64,000 bases of DNA, from the NCBI GenBank assembly GCA_950097015.1, contig CATNEN010000024.1:1116001-1180000 (forward strand), in the 5' to 3' direction. Made by a program: the position numbers and the translations under genes. This DNA comes from Macrostomum hystrix. Its lineage: Eukaryota; Animalia; Platyhelminthes. The number at the start of each line of letters is the position of its first letter. Within the stretch, counting starts at the first letter, position 1. Positions 47,501 through 59,880 of the stretch are shown piece after piece. Below the pieces are notes generated by a model. The model made no database searches. It saw only the letters and a program-made list of their open reading frames with translations, and was not told the origin of the DNA.

Positions 47501-50262
47501 TGTGTGAAGGGATTGGATTGCTAGCCTAGCCTTGTGTATGAATGGATTGGATTGCTAGTCTTGCCTGTGTGTGAAGGGATTGGATTGCTAGTCTAGCCTG
47601 TGTGTGAAGGGATTGGATTGCTAGTCTAGCCTGTGTGTGAAGGGATTGGATTGCTAGCCTAGCCTTATGTGTGAAGGGATTGGATTGCTAGCCTAGCCTT
47701 GTGTATGAAGGGATTGGATTGCTAGTCTAGCCTGTGTGTGAAGGGATTGGATTGCTAGTCTAGTCTGTGTGTGAAGGGATTGGATTGCTAGTCTAGTCCG
47801 ATAAGCTTGAGACTTTCCGATCCGATAAGCTTGAGACTTTCCGATCTCCGCCTTCCTCTCTGGCAGGGCTTCGGCCTGCTGCTGTGCCTCAGCGCCGCCT
47901 CGGCCATATTCCAGCATCACTACTCGGCCAGCGGCCTGCCCAGACGCCTATTTTTAGCAGCCGTCGCTCTTGGCTCTCTGTTGGCGCCTCTAGCGGCCGT
48001 GGCCTGCGCCAACTCCATCGGCGGCGGCATCGGCGGCGGCCTCGTGTCTGGCAATGCCAGCCTGCTGCGTCAGCACAAGGAAATCCGCGTTCTGGGAGCG
48101 GCTGCTGGCCTGGCAAGATCCGGTCGAGCCGTTGTCGCAGAATTCGACAAAAACAATTCAATTTCTGCTTCTGTCCGGGTTGAAGCTTTGACTGCGCCGA
48201 TTACATTGCCAACGACACTACCGCATTCACTGCCGAAGTCATTACCAACATCCTTACCGGCGTCATTGCCAACGTCACAAAGCTCGTCATTACCGTCAGC
48301 TTTACCAACTTCGTCTTCGCCCCCGCCTCCTCCCCCGCCTCCTCCCCCGCCTCCTCCGAATTCAAGGAAGCCCATCTTCACGGACAGCAAGCTACTGAAC
48401 CAGAACCCTAAAGTGGCCGATGGCAGCGTTCACGGCAGTGAGGTGAAGCTTCATAAGGAGACTCAACGGGTGAACAGTATTCACAATGGCCAGCACCCGT
48501 CCGGACAGGTTGGCGGTGGTAAAGTAACGACAACAGCCGCCAAGCCTAGCTTAAATGACTCTACTAACAGTAGTGTGACTAGTCAATCCGAAACTAACGC
48601 TAGTACTGTTGAGCCACTGTTCAATACGAATGAGACAACCGCTTTAACAAACTCATCGTTAACGACAGCAACGAAAAATAGCAGTGTTTCTACCGTAGCC
48701 AAGTTTCTACCGACCAGCACACCTGTAGTAGCAATAAAGACTACAGTCGGCACTCAAACTCCCACTACTACTATGAGTAGTTCAACTACTTTTTCTCTCA
48801 CAACCGCTACTTCAACTGGCACAACAGCAAAGACTAGTAAATATGTAGCGACAAAAACTTCGATTTCTACCACAGCCAACTCGTCTAAAGCTGCAGCAAA
48901 GACAACGGTACCGTTTAGCACTAGGCCAGCGACTTCAGTCAAGGCTACGACAACGTCTGGTGTCTTATCTACATCGTCGGCAACAAAGACTTCAATTGCT
49001 GCAACTCCACCAACTTCGACAACAACGGCGACTCTGACAACGCCGACTTCGTCGCCGGCAGCCGTGGCGCTGGCCTACTGGCGCGGCCTGACCTCCCTGC
49101 AGTCGCTGTACATCTTACTGGCCGGCGCTACTGCCGCCGCCGCTCTGCCGCTCGCCCTGTGCGCCTGCTGCTGCCCGGCCTACCAGTTCCCGCCGGCCGC
49201 TTCGGCTGCCGCTTTCTCAACCGTCTCCATGACGGCCGATCACGTGATCATGCGAGTCTGCCTATTCTGCGGCGGATTCTGCCTGCACGGCCTCGAAGTG
49301 ACGCTCGGGGGCTACCTGTTCAGCTACTCGGTGCGCTACCTGAACTTGAACGTGCAATCTGGCCTTCTGATCACCGGCTTATTGTACCTAGGCCTACTCC
49401 TGTCACGCCTGCTGGCCCTCTGCTGCTGCTGCATGCGATGCCTCAGGGCGCCACTGCTCCAGCTGGTCCTTGCAGCCGTCCTGCTCACCGCCGGATCCCT
49501 TATGTTCTGGCCGTCTGGCAGCAGCTGGCTGTGGACTGCCGCGCTGCTCTCTGGAGTCGGCCTGGCACCCATGCTGCCCGCTATGGCTGACCTGTGCGAG
49601 CGGCTCATGTCGCCTGGCAATTTCAGGTGACTTGGGGCCTATTCTACCCTAACCCGTCCTTAGACTCCCCAGTTCCTTTGATGTGCCGCCGCTACTCTCT
49701 ATTCCTCTAGACTCCCGAGTTCCTTTGATGTGCCGCTGCTACCCTCTATCCCTAGACTCCCCAGTTACTTTGATGTGCCGCCACTAGTCTCCTTCCCTAT
49801 ATACTCCCCAGTTCATTTGATGCGCCGCCGCTATGTGCTGAGTTCCCCTGATAATTAATATCTAAATATCTGAAGCCTTTTGTTTCAAGGTGCGCCACTG
49901 TGTTTCTACTTTGTGGCCAACTAACTGGCGAGATGCTGGTGCCCGCCCTCACTGGCTACCTGCACCGGGCCACATCCAGTCCCGGAGCTCTAGTTCGCGT
50001 CACTAGCCCGCTACTGCTGGCCGCCCTGTGCTCCCTGGCCGTCATCGGAGTCTTGGCCAAGACTCGCTTCGCTTCGTCAGCCGCAGCGCGGCATCTGCGA
50101 GTGGGCGGCGGCGCTGGCGGCTCCGCCTCTGCAGCCATCGGAGTTGACGACATCGAAGACGACGTATTTAGCGACGACGAATCTAATGACGAATTCGACA
50201 TGACCGAGTTGTTGCGCGGCGGCAGTAACGGCGGTACTACACGCGCCAGTCCGCATACTTGA
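44597..50262 (+). CDS. Major facilitator superfamily transporter, MFSD4-like, with a large S/T/P-rich loop, about 876 aa
   Basis: Exons 44597-45094, 47867-49626, 49890-50262 (2631 nt). MPGPTLLAL, GRAVGGLGGALLGRFL, HGLEVTLGGYLFSY, SGVGLAPMLP, GQLTGEMLVP; hydrophobic helices on both sides of the loop. The frame is open upstream to an acceptor at about 44503, so an earlier exon is possible. Confidence 0.85.
45113..47795. repeat. 33/34-bp minisatellite, about 80 units, filling MFS intron 1
   Basis: Units GGGATTGGATTGCTAGTCTTGCCTGTGTGTGAA (33) and GGGATTGGATTGCTAGCCTAGCCTTATGTATGAA (34). Confidence 0.97.
49655..49835. repeat. About 45-bp repeat, 4 units, MFS intron 2
   Basis: CTAGACTCCC(C)AGTTCCTTTGATGTGCCGCCGCTAC-like units. 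Confidence 0.85.
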
Positions 50263-50704
50263 TCACTATTCTAATCTATACCCATTGTTTCATATCTTGG
50301 CCAAATTGTGACATTTTTCGTGTCTGTGTTTGTGTGTGCCAGTTGCGCATTAGACTACTGCCAGCTTCAAAATTATCTGGGCCTCAGCTTTTAAGATTTG
50401 CTCTAAGAAGTTCACTAATTTTCACTGCAATTGAGTTCTTAGATCGAATAGAAACCATTCTGGCTTTCTGCCAAAAAAACCTGCCTGGCTTTTTCACTGG
50501 CTCGCTTGGATTTCCCCGCTGTTCGCTAGAATTTTCCCTGGGATTTCCCTAAGATAAATTCCTTGATCGGTTTCCCGTCTTTAAGTTATCAACTGAATAT
50601 CCCGCTGATACTTTATACCTGGAATTTACATGCCGGAATTCCCATGGAGTTAAAAAGTTTTCCAATCGAAAATTCCCGATAATGGTTGCCCAAGGAAATT
50701 ACCT

Positions 50705-50905
50705 GCTTGGATTTTCCCGTCCAGATTCCCCCAAGATTTCCCCCATCGGATTTCCCCGTCCGGATTCCCCGGGGATTTCCTCACTCGGATTTTCCCGTCC
50801 AGATTCCCCCAAGATTTCCCCCATCGGATTTCCCCGTCCGGATTCCCCGGGGATTTCCTCACTCGGATTTCCCCGTCCGGATTCCCCGGGATTTCCTCAC
50901 TCTGA
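50705..50905. repeat. 39-bp repeat with A/B alternation (78-bp higher-order unit)
   Basis: Units start at 50709, 50748, 50787, 50826, 50865; alternating ..CCAAGATTTCCCCCATC and ..GGGGATTTCCTCACTC. Confidence 0.88.
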
Positions 50906-51270
50906 TTTCCAATAGTTTTAAATGGTATTCAGAATTCCATTTCCTAATAAGTGTCCTAATTTCCCTAAGTATGTTCAGAAATGTAGACTTGAGTTGGGCG
51001 GAAACACTAATTTTCTGGCTGTATCGTGTTTTACTCCTTATGCCCCTTTAATGGGTATGGACTTGACCTAAGGGCTATATAGCCAATTGCTAAATGTACG
51101 CTAAATCTACATTGTCTCCATGACACGATTCGCACAAACTATTGCACTTTAGGACATTGAAGCTGGACAGCAGTCAATGCATTATTATTTAAGTTAATCT
51201 GTTTATTTTTGTGTTTTTTCTTTTAATTTTTTTTGCTGCTCGTATAACTTTCATATTCCACTCTCCATTA

Positions 51271-52490
51271 GAATGGATTGCTAATCTATCCCATGGATGA
51301 AGGAATAATGGATTGCTAATCTATCCCATGGATGAAGGAATAATGGATTGCTAATCTATCCCATGGATGAAGAAATAATGGATTGCTAATCTATCCCATG
51401 GATCAAGGAACAGAATGGATTGCTAATCTATCCCATGGATGAAGGAACAGAATGGATTGCTAATCTATCCCATGGATCAAGGAACAGAATGGATTGCTAA
51501 TCTATCCCATGGATGAAGGAACAGAATGGATTGCTAATCTATCCCATGGATGAAGGAACAGAATGGATTGCTAATCTATCCCATGGATGAAGGAATGAAT
51601 GGATTGCTAATCTATCCTATGGATGAAGGAATGAATGGATTGCTAATCTATCCTATGGATGAAGGAACAGAATGGATTGCTAATCTATCCCATGGATGAA
51701 GAAATGCATGGATTGCTAATCTATCCCATGGATGAAGAAATGAATGGATTGATAATCTATCCCATGGATGAAGGAATAATGGATTGCTAATCTATCCCAT
51801 GGATGAAGAAATAATGGATTGCTAATCTATCCCATGGATGAAGGAACAGAATGGATTGCTAATCTATCCCATGGATGAAGAAATGCATGGATTGCTAATC
51901 TATGCCATGGATGAAGAAATGAATGGATTGCTAATCTATCCCATGGATGAAGGAATATAATGGATTGGTAATCTTTGCCATGGATGAAAGAATATAATGG
52001 ATTGCTAATCTATGCCATGGATGAAGAAATGAATGGATTGCTAATGTATGCCATGGATGAAGAAATGAATGGATTGCTAATCTATCCCATGGATGAAGAA
52101 ATGAATGGATTGGTAATCTATGCCATGGATGAAGAAATGAATGGATTGCTAATCTATCCCATGGATGAAGGAATAGAATGTATTGGTAATCTTTGCCATG
52201 GATGAAGGAATAGAATGGATTGCTAATCTATCCCATGGATGAAGAAATAATGGATTGCTAATCTATCCCATGGATCAAGGAACAGAATGGATTGCTAATC
52301 TATCCCATGGATGAAGGAACAGAATGGATTGCTAATCTATTTCATGGATGAAGGAATAGAATGGATTGCTAATCTATCCCATGGATGAAGGAATAGAATG
52401 GATTGCTAATCTATCCCCCGGATGAAGGAATAGAATGAATTGCTAATCTATCCCATGGATGAAGGAATAGATTGGATTGCTAATCTATAC
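51271..52490. repeat. 35-37-bp minisatellite, about 33 units, between the MFS and FBF1 3' ends
   Basis: Unit AATGGATTGCTAATCTATCCCATGGATGAAGGAACAG. Confidence 0.96.
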
Positions 52491-53479
52491 CATAGCAACA
52501 AAACTTATGCCATTATAATAGGAGCGAGGAGAGTAAAAGTTTTTATCCCTATTTTCAAAAAAAGGATTTAGATCATTAGTCCACTGTCTCGTCTTCTTCA
52601 TTGCCATTAATTTACAGCTGCAGTGTGTCAGTTCTCCCCTAAGTGTGTAAATTATCGGCAATAGTTTTTAGAGGCCTAGTTTAGTGACGGCGATATTCAC
52701 AACCGCTAGTTTGACATTCTGTTATGTTTTTTTCTATCTCGTATTTATAACAATGAATTGGTAGTGCCCTCTTTGAGATTTAATATTCGACTGAGTGAAT
52801 AGCTTTGTATTTTCGCTATATACTGTCCACAACCAGGTGTTTTCATTCGGTCTAGAAAGTAAAAAACGCATGCATTCATTTACAATCAAACACAATGACA
52901 CTCGAAGAAAGTGGCGACCACAGAGCCAGCTAACAGTCTGATAGTTATTTTCATTCGAGCTTGTGATCGCGCCTTCAAAAGAAAGCTTTTTTGTTATGTT
53001 GTGCTTTTTTTGGTTGTCCATCATTGATTATCATGAAATTATCATGAAGTTAACAAATTTAATATTATTCAGTATTCGCATGTTCAAGATTTTCCTCGTT
53101 ACGAATTTTCTTAGGAAATCAAACTACTGATCATAGTTAATATGCTCGGTTATTTTCGCTGCTAACTATGCTGCTGTTCAGTAGTGCTGCCAGTTTTTTT
53201 TGTTCTCTTATACACTCACTGCACATCTTTGACATTATTGATAAAGATTTGATAAGCTAAAACTCGTAGATTGTTTTTCCTGTCACAACCAGAATGTGGA
53301 GTTTATATTTTGGATTCAAATAAACTGCACAATATCACTATGCGCTCTGTTCTTCTGCAGTAGTCTCACTAATTTAAAGCTTATCGATCCGCCTTCGTTC
53401 TTCGTATTGTTATTTCGAATCAAAATCCTGCGCAGTTTTTTAGTCAGGGAATTCTGTGAGTCGGGATTTCGGGATGTCG

Positions 53480-54130
53480 GCGAGTCGAAATAGCAGGGAG
53501 TCGGGATGTCGATAAGTCAAGTGTCGATCTCTATGAGTGAGGATTCGGTGAGTCAGGATGTTGATAACTCGAAATGTCGTTGAGTCAAGATGTTGATAAG
53601 TCAGGAAGTTGATAAGTCGAAATTTTTCCGTGAGTCAGAATGTTGATAAGTAGAAATGTCGATGAGTCAGGATGTTGATAAGTCGAAATGTCGGTGAGTC
53701 AGAATGTTGATAAGTCGAAATGTCGGTGAGTCAGAATGTTGATAAGTCGAAATGTCGGTGAGTCAGAATGTTGATAAGTCGAAATGTCGGTGAGTCAGGA
53801 TGTTGATAAGTCAGGATGTTGATAATTCGAAATGTCGATGAGTCAGGATGTTGATAAGTCGAAATTTCGTGAGTCAGGATGTTGATAAGTCGAAATTTCA
53901 TGAGTCAGGATGTTGATAAGTCAGGATGTTGATAAGTCGAAATTTCATGAGTCAGGATGTTGATAAGTCAGGATGTTGATAAGTCAGGATGTTGATAAGT
54001 CGAAATGTCGGTGAGTCAGGATGTTGATAAGTCGAAATGTCGATGAGTCAGGATGTTGATAAGTCGAAACGTCGGTGAGTCAGGATGTCGGTGAGTCAAG
54101 ATTACGATTTATCAAAATGTCGGTGAGTGG
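53480..54130. repeat. 32-bp minisatellite built from two diverged 16-bp halves
   Basis: GAGTCAGGATGTTGAT + AAGTCGAAATGTCGGT. Confidence 0.92.
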
Positions 54131-54473
54131 GGTTGGCGAGAGTTGAGTTGAGGATGAGTCGAAATGTGTCGTGAAGTCGGCGCATTGGTATGGAACCAAA
54201 TTAGGAATAAGATGTGTAAAGTACTTAACAATTCATTGTTGAATTTACTAATCCAGTTAGTCGGAGTGCACTTTATTGTGTATTTAGCTAAAGAATATTT
54301 TACAATTATAAGTTTCAACCAAAGAAAAGAGATACTAAAGGCATTTAAAGTTTTAGTTAATTCGAGTATCGACATGGCACAGCCATAGACTAAATTGAAA
54401 TAATTGAATAAGATGAAACCAGCTGACGCTTGCACGCTTAGTGGATGCTGTCACATTTTCTAATTAGGCCTCA

Positions 54474-57400
54474 TTAACCGTATGGGGCGTGATTCAGCGA
54501 CTCCAGGTACAGCTTCTCCTCTTCTAAATCGTCCCATTGCTACAAACGGTAATAAAGAATTAAAATAAGGATGGTAGAGAATATGCATCATATTTTCATC
54601 CCAACAATGCAAGTTACTCCAGGCGCACTCAATAGTATTAAGTTTATTCTTAACAAAAAATCCCACTCTGCATGGGAATCCCACAGGGCAGGGAAATTCG
54701 ACTGTGCAGGGAAATCCCACACTGTACAGGGAAATCCCTCTGTGCAGGGAAACCACTGCTCAGGGAAATCCCACTGTGCCAAGAAATCGCACTGTGCAAG
54801 GAAATCCCACACTGGGCATGGAAATCCCACACTGTGCAAGGAATTCCCACTATGCAAGAGAAATCCCACTATGCAAGGGAAATCCCACTATAGCCAGGAA
54901 ATCCCACTGTGCAAGGAAATCCTACCGTGCAGGGAAATCCCCCTGTTCAGGGAAATCCCACTATGCAAGGAAATCCCACTGTGCAAGGAAATCCCACTAC
55001 GCTCGTATGTAGGGAAATCCCTCTGTAGAGGGAAACCACTGCTCAGGGAAATCCCACTGTGCCAAGAAATCCAATTCTGAGACAAGTCCATCCAATCCTC
55101 AAGAAGCTGAGGACGCAGCGGTAGCGGCGGCACTCACCCGGCCCCTAGAGAAGGCGAAGTCGATGGAGCCGGCCGTCCGTAGGCCAGGCAGGAAGCCGCC
55201 TACGTTCACGCCTGGCCCTGAATCGCGCACCGGGGCCCGGCAGCTGGCGCACAGCAGGCCGCCCGCACGCTTGTCCAGGCTGGCGCGCTCCTCGGCCAGC
55301 TGAATGAGCGCCTGGGACACGTCCCGCTCCTTGGCGCGCAGCTCGGCCAGTCGAGTCTGTATGCCGTCCGCTCGCCTGGACTGCTCCGCCTGCTCCATTG
55401 CAGCCGCCTCCATCTTGGCCTGCTGCTCGCGCTGAGCCCTCTCGCGGCGGGCCACCATCTGGTGATTGGCGGAGCGGCGAATGCTTGGGATTAGATTAGC
55501 AATCCATTCTCTTCCTATTCCCATGAAAAATATTAGCGATCCATTCTATTACTTCATACATGGGATAGACTAGCAATCCATTTCCAATGATCCCTTTAAA
55601 CGGTCAAGCAGAATTCCAACTTACTTCGAGACGCTCCTCTAGTGATCTTTGGCCGTCCTTCAGCTTCTCTTCTTTGAGTCTGAGTTCCTCAGCCATGGTC
55701 TCGAGATCAGATCTGGAAGAATATGAATTTTGTCGCATACCTGCATCCAGCAACACACACCAGCCGCCCAGCAGCACACACCAGCCGCCCAGCAGCACAC
55801 ACCAGCCGCACAGGAACACACACCAGCCGCACAGCAACACACACCAGCCACCCAGCAACACACACCAGCCGCACAGCAACACACACCAGCCACCCAGCAA
55901 CACACACCAGCTACCCAGCAACACACACCAGCCGCCCAGCAGCACACACCAGCCACCCAGCAACACACACCAGCCGCACAGCAACACACACCAGCCACCC
56001 AGCAACACACACCAGCCGCCCAGCAGCACACACCAGCCGCACAGCAACACACACCAGCCACCCAGCAATACACACCAGCCGCACAGCAACACACACCAGC
56101 CACCCAGCAACACACTCTGGCCACCCAGCGGCCACCAGTTGTTCCCTTCCGCTCACCTCTGCCGCAGCACTTCGCCCCGGCTGTGCCTGAGCCTGGCCTC
56201 CAGCTCCTGCAGTCTCGCCCGCTCCTCAGCCAGGGCCAGACGTTCAGCCTCGGTGTCAGCCTGGCGGGCGCCTTCGCCCAGTTTGAGGACGCGCAGCTCG
56301 GAGCGCTCGACGGCCAGCACCCGACGCTCCTCCATCAGCTGGGCGGCAAGGTCGCTCAGCCAGCGCTCAGAACGGGCGGTGTCGTCAACGCGAGCTGCGA
56401 CAGGGGAGCGATGGAACTGCGAGATTTCGATTTCTATGGACTCAAATCGTGAGTATTTTCTGCTCACCTTTCAACGCGTGCACCACTTCGTGCATGGCCT
56501 GCCGGTCGGTTGCCTCGGTTTGCCTGTGCACCTCGTCCTTGATCCGGCTGCTGTTCTCCCGATCGCTCAGTGAGCTCAGCTTCTCGGACAGGTGACTGAG
56601 CCGGTCCACCAGGTTGCTGATGGCGCCAGCGTGCGGTGCGGCCGATCGCAGAGCTTCAACATCGTTGCGGTGCTGCTCGCGGAGCAGCTCGAGTTCTCGA
56701 CGCTTCTCCTGGGCCAGCTCGTCTAGCTGGCGGTTGAAGTCGGACCGCATTGTCAGCCGCTCCTGATCTGCCTGACGCTGCGTGTCCAGGTATTTCTGCT
56801 TCAGCTGGTCATTCTCCTTCATCAGCCTGTGGTGCGGAATGCAAATGGATTGCTAATCTATCCCATGGGTAAAGGAACAGAATGGATTGCTAATCTATCC
56901 CATGGGTGAAGGAACAGAATGGATTGCTAATCTATCCCATGGGTGAAGAAACAGAATGGATTGCTAATCTATCCCATGGGTGAAGGAACAGAATGGATTG
57001 CTAATCTATCCAATGGGTGAAGGAACAGAATGGATTGCTAATCTATCCAATGGGTGAAGGAACAGAATGGATTGCTAATCTATCCAATGGGTGAAGGAAC
57101 AGAATGGATTGCTAATCTATCCAATGGGTGAAGGAACAGAATGGATTGCTAATCTATCCAATGGGTGAAGGAACAGAATGGATTGCTAATCTATCCAACC
57201 CATCAGGGAGTAGAATATTTTAGGAATCAAGGAATGTTTTATATAATGGATGGAAATTTTGAATCGGGTTTTTTTAAGATATCTTCCTTAGTTTATTTAG
57301 AGTTTAATAAGAGTTTTTAGTTTTTAGAGGCTTGGACAAAAAACGCCATTGCGACTGCTAGCAGTACGAGATAGATACGCATACTATCAAGCCAACTCAC

Positions 57401-59880
57401 ATCTCTTCTCTGCGCTTGTACAGCTCCTCGGTGTCGGCCAGCTTTCTCCGCTGCTCCGCCTCAAGGCCGGCTGTTTCATCTTTGAGCTTCTGCTGCAGCT
57501 GCTCATTGCGCTGCTTCAGGTCGTCTCGCTCGCGACGCAACTTTTTTATCTCGCTCTCGAGTTCAATTTTCATCTCGCTGCTAAGCGGTATGCTGGGGAA
57601 CTGTACAAGTGGGGTCGTAGGAGGAGCGTTTTTTTAGTTTAGTCTGCTCAATATTCACATTTTTTAGTTGGCTCTACCTTGCTATATTATCTACCTGCGT
57701 TAATTTTACCTATCTAGTTACTTTAACGATTGCCTGTCATTCTCTTTCATTATTTATTTCCCTATCACTGAATTCCTTATCTATTTCTCCCTGTCGATCT
57801 GACAAATGTTTTTTACCATCAAATGTGAAATAGAAAAACTGTCATCTATTAAAATATATCAAGCAGAGGAATAGAGTTGCAAAACTGTTAGGGGTATGAT
57901 AATTAAGTTACCTAAAACTGAGCGACTGCAGGTGTCTGCATTTGATCTTACTGCAGCTGTCAAGCTAGGGACAATACACTATAGGAAGAAGTGACAATTA
58001 AACATAGAAGGTAAATGAATAATCTATAACCAGAACAAAATACAATGCAACATCCAAAAAGATCTTTGGCGTAAATAGAAACTACAAAAAATAAAGTGGA
58101 GAAAAAGAACAATAAAGACATATTTGATGTATTGCTACCGAGAGCAAGTGCACCTGCTGCTGCTGCTGCTGCTGCTCTGACACCTGCGGCGCAGTTAAAC
58201 CGGTCGATGCAGTCGATGGCGCGGTGCCAGAACGGACCCACCGACCGCGTGGCGGTGTGTCCAGAGAGAAAGCCTCGAGTAATTTCAAGTATAGTTTTAA
58301 ATGGGGTAAAATGATTTCAGCGCATTCCTGGCTGGCTAACACAGGAGATTCCAAAAGGAGATCTGGGATTTCACAGTGAAGTCACTCACATCATCGAGCC
58401 CCGGGCCAGCGCCGCCTCCGCTGTCAAACAGGCCAGCTAGATCGTCGCCGCCTCCGGTGCGACGGCCTCTCCGTCCGGCTCCCGTTGGAGGCCGCTTCGT
58501 TAGCAGCGCGCTATCATTAAAATCATCTGCCGCCGCTTCTATCAAAGTAACTGTCTCGCTGCCGACAGTCTGCTTCTGCTGGATAGCATCCTCGGTTGTT
58601 GCTGACGGTGGTGCCGGTGGCGGCGGAGGCGGTGGCGGCGGTTGCGGCGACTCTCGGCCCGCAATAACTGACGCAACAGCGGCGACGTCATACGTGGAGG
58701 ACAATGGCTGCTCCGCACGCTGCTGCTGCCGACCTTGGCTGGTTCGCGCCGGCGTCGTTGAGAATAATTCGTCGTCGTCGGCAGCCAGTAGGCGGCTCAA
58801 CGTCTTCTTTGTCGAAGCCTCGCCAGTTTGGGCGGCGGGAGCTGGCGCAGTTCCCGGCCGTTTCTTCGGCGTCAGATCGATGCCCTGAAGCAGCGCGTCT
58901 GTGCTGGACAGTCCGGTGGATGGCCGATTTTTATTGGTCGCCCACGGCTGATAGGCGCTGCCTGAGCCGCTATTGTTCAGAGGATCTTCTGCAGCACGTG
59001 AGTTCGATGGGAGAGTGAATCTTTGACTCTTATTTTCAGCACAGGAAGCAAAGTTAAAACCAAAAATATCGATCCACTATCAGTATGAAAATGAGAATCT
59101 GGATGAGTCCTGAAGCTCTGGCTGTCAGTTTTCGCGTCTTAAAAGTGATTCTGAAGGTGCAAATGATTCACAAACCTTCATCCTTAGCGCTAGATTTGGC
59201 ACTCAGGCTTCCTAGAAAGCTGTCGAAATCTGTTTTCTTGCCCTTTGGCGCCAGCTCCTCGCTGACTGTGCTGCTGGTTGTGAACAAGCTGAATCCCATC
59301 TTGGGAGCCGTTGGCGCCGCCGACGAACTGGAAGGCGCCGCTTTCGGCGGACTGTCATCTGGAAAGGCGACGGAGCTGTCCTCGCTGCGTGGAGTGCCTG
59401 CACCGCTGGGCGGCAGTTGAACTTCATCGTCATCAAAGTCGTTTGACGGGCGCCGCTTGCTAGCTGGTGTGGCCTTGACGACTGCTGAAGGACCACCAGC
59501 CGGCTTGTGATCCTTTCTATCATCTGAATCGTCAGACTCGTCCTTGTCGTCCACAAATGTCACAGATTTGGTGGACCGTCGCAGCTCCGAGCTGCTGTCT
59601 AGTGATTTTGATTCTTTAACTTCTTTTCGTTTGCTTGATGGCGAGTTTAAGATGTCGTCTATGTCGTCTTAAAAGAGAATAAAAGTTTTTAATATATCAG
59701 GCTAGTTGCTTAATATTTGTGAATTCGAAATATAAATGTGACTGCGTAATTGTTTAATTAGAGTTAGAATATAGCTGTACATTATTACTCACTTAATTAT
59801 AAACATAAAATGAGTTTACTCTAAAAAATCTTAAATATCGAATTTATGTATTTAGAATGTCCAAAAAACTTACCATCCAT
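54474..59880 (-). CDS. FBF1: Fas-binding factor 1 (ciliary transition-fibre/distal-appendage coiled-coil protein), about 790-830 aa
   Basis: Exons 59880-59874, 59667-59176, 58988-58390, (optional about 58278-58153), 57600-57401, 56826-56468, 56394-56157, 55712-55625, 55458-55138, 54539-54474; 2370 nt without the optional exon. Low-complexity N-half and coiled coil. AAPHAGAISNLVDRLSHLSEKLSSLSDR and terminal LEEEKLYLESLNHAPY resemble the FBF1 segments I recall. Confidence 0.75.
54650..55075. repeat. About 19-bp minisatellite in the last FBF1 intron
   Basis: Unit (A/G)GGAAATCCCACTGTGCAA, degenerate. Confidence 0.9.
55490..55585 (-). repeat. Degenerate inverted copy (about 2.5 units) of the 37-bp minisatellite family in an FBF1 intron
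   Basis: Reverse complement reads ATGGATTGCTAGTCTATCCCATGTATGAAGTAATAGAATGGATCGCTAA..AGAATGGATTGCTAATCTA. Confidence 0.75.
55745..56115. repeat. 21-bp minisatellite filling an FBF1 intron
   Basis: Unit CAGCAACACACACCAGCCACC within intron 55713-56156. Confidence 0.95.
56843..57198. repeat. 37-bp minisatellite, about 9-10 units, FBF1 intron (same family as 51271-52490)
   Basis: Unit AATGGATTGCTAATCTATCC(C/A)ATGGGTGAAGGAACAG. Confidence 0.95.

Noticed and set aside
53480-54130. Hammerhead ribozyme in satellite DNA (GTTGATAAGTCGAAA), as in schistosome satellites
   Set aside because: The core CUGANGA is absent (TTGATAA) and no flanking helices are evident. Other CTGANGA hits I checked lacked a paired GAAA.
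55587-56573. ORFs of QQHTPAA / CVLLGGW / THQPPSN repeats
   Set aside because: They arise from the 21-bp intronic array and antisense of FBF1 coiled-coil exons. Intron retention would stop at once (AG|GTGA gives TGA).
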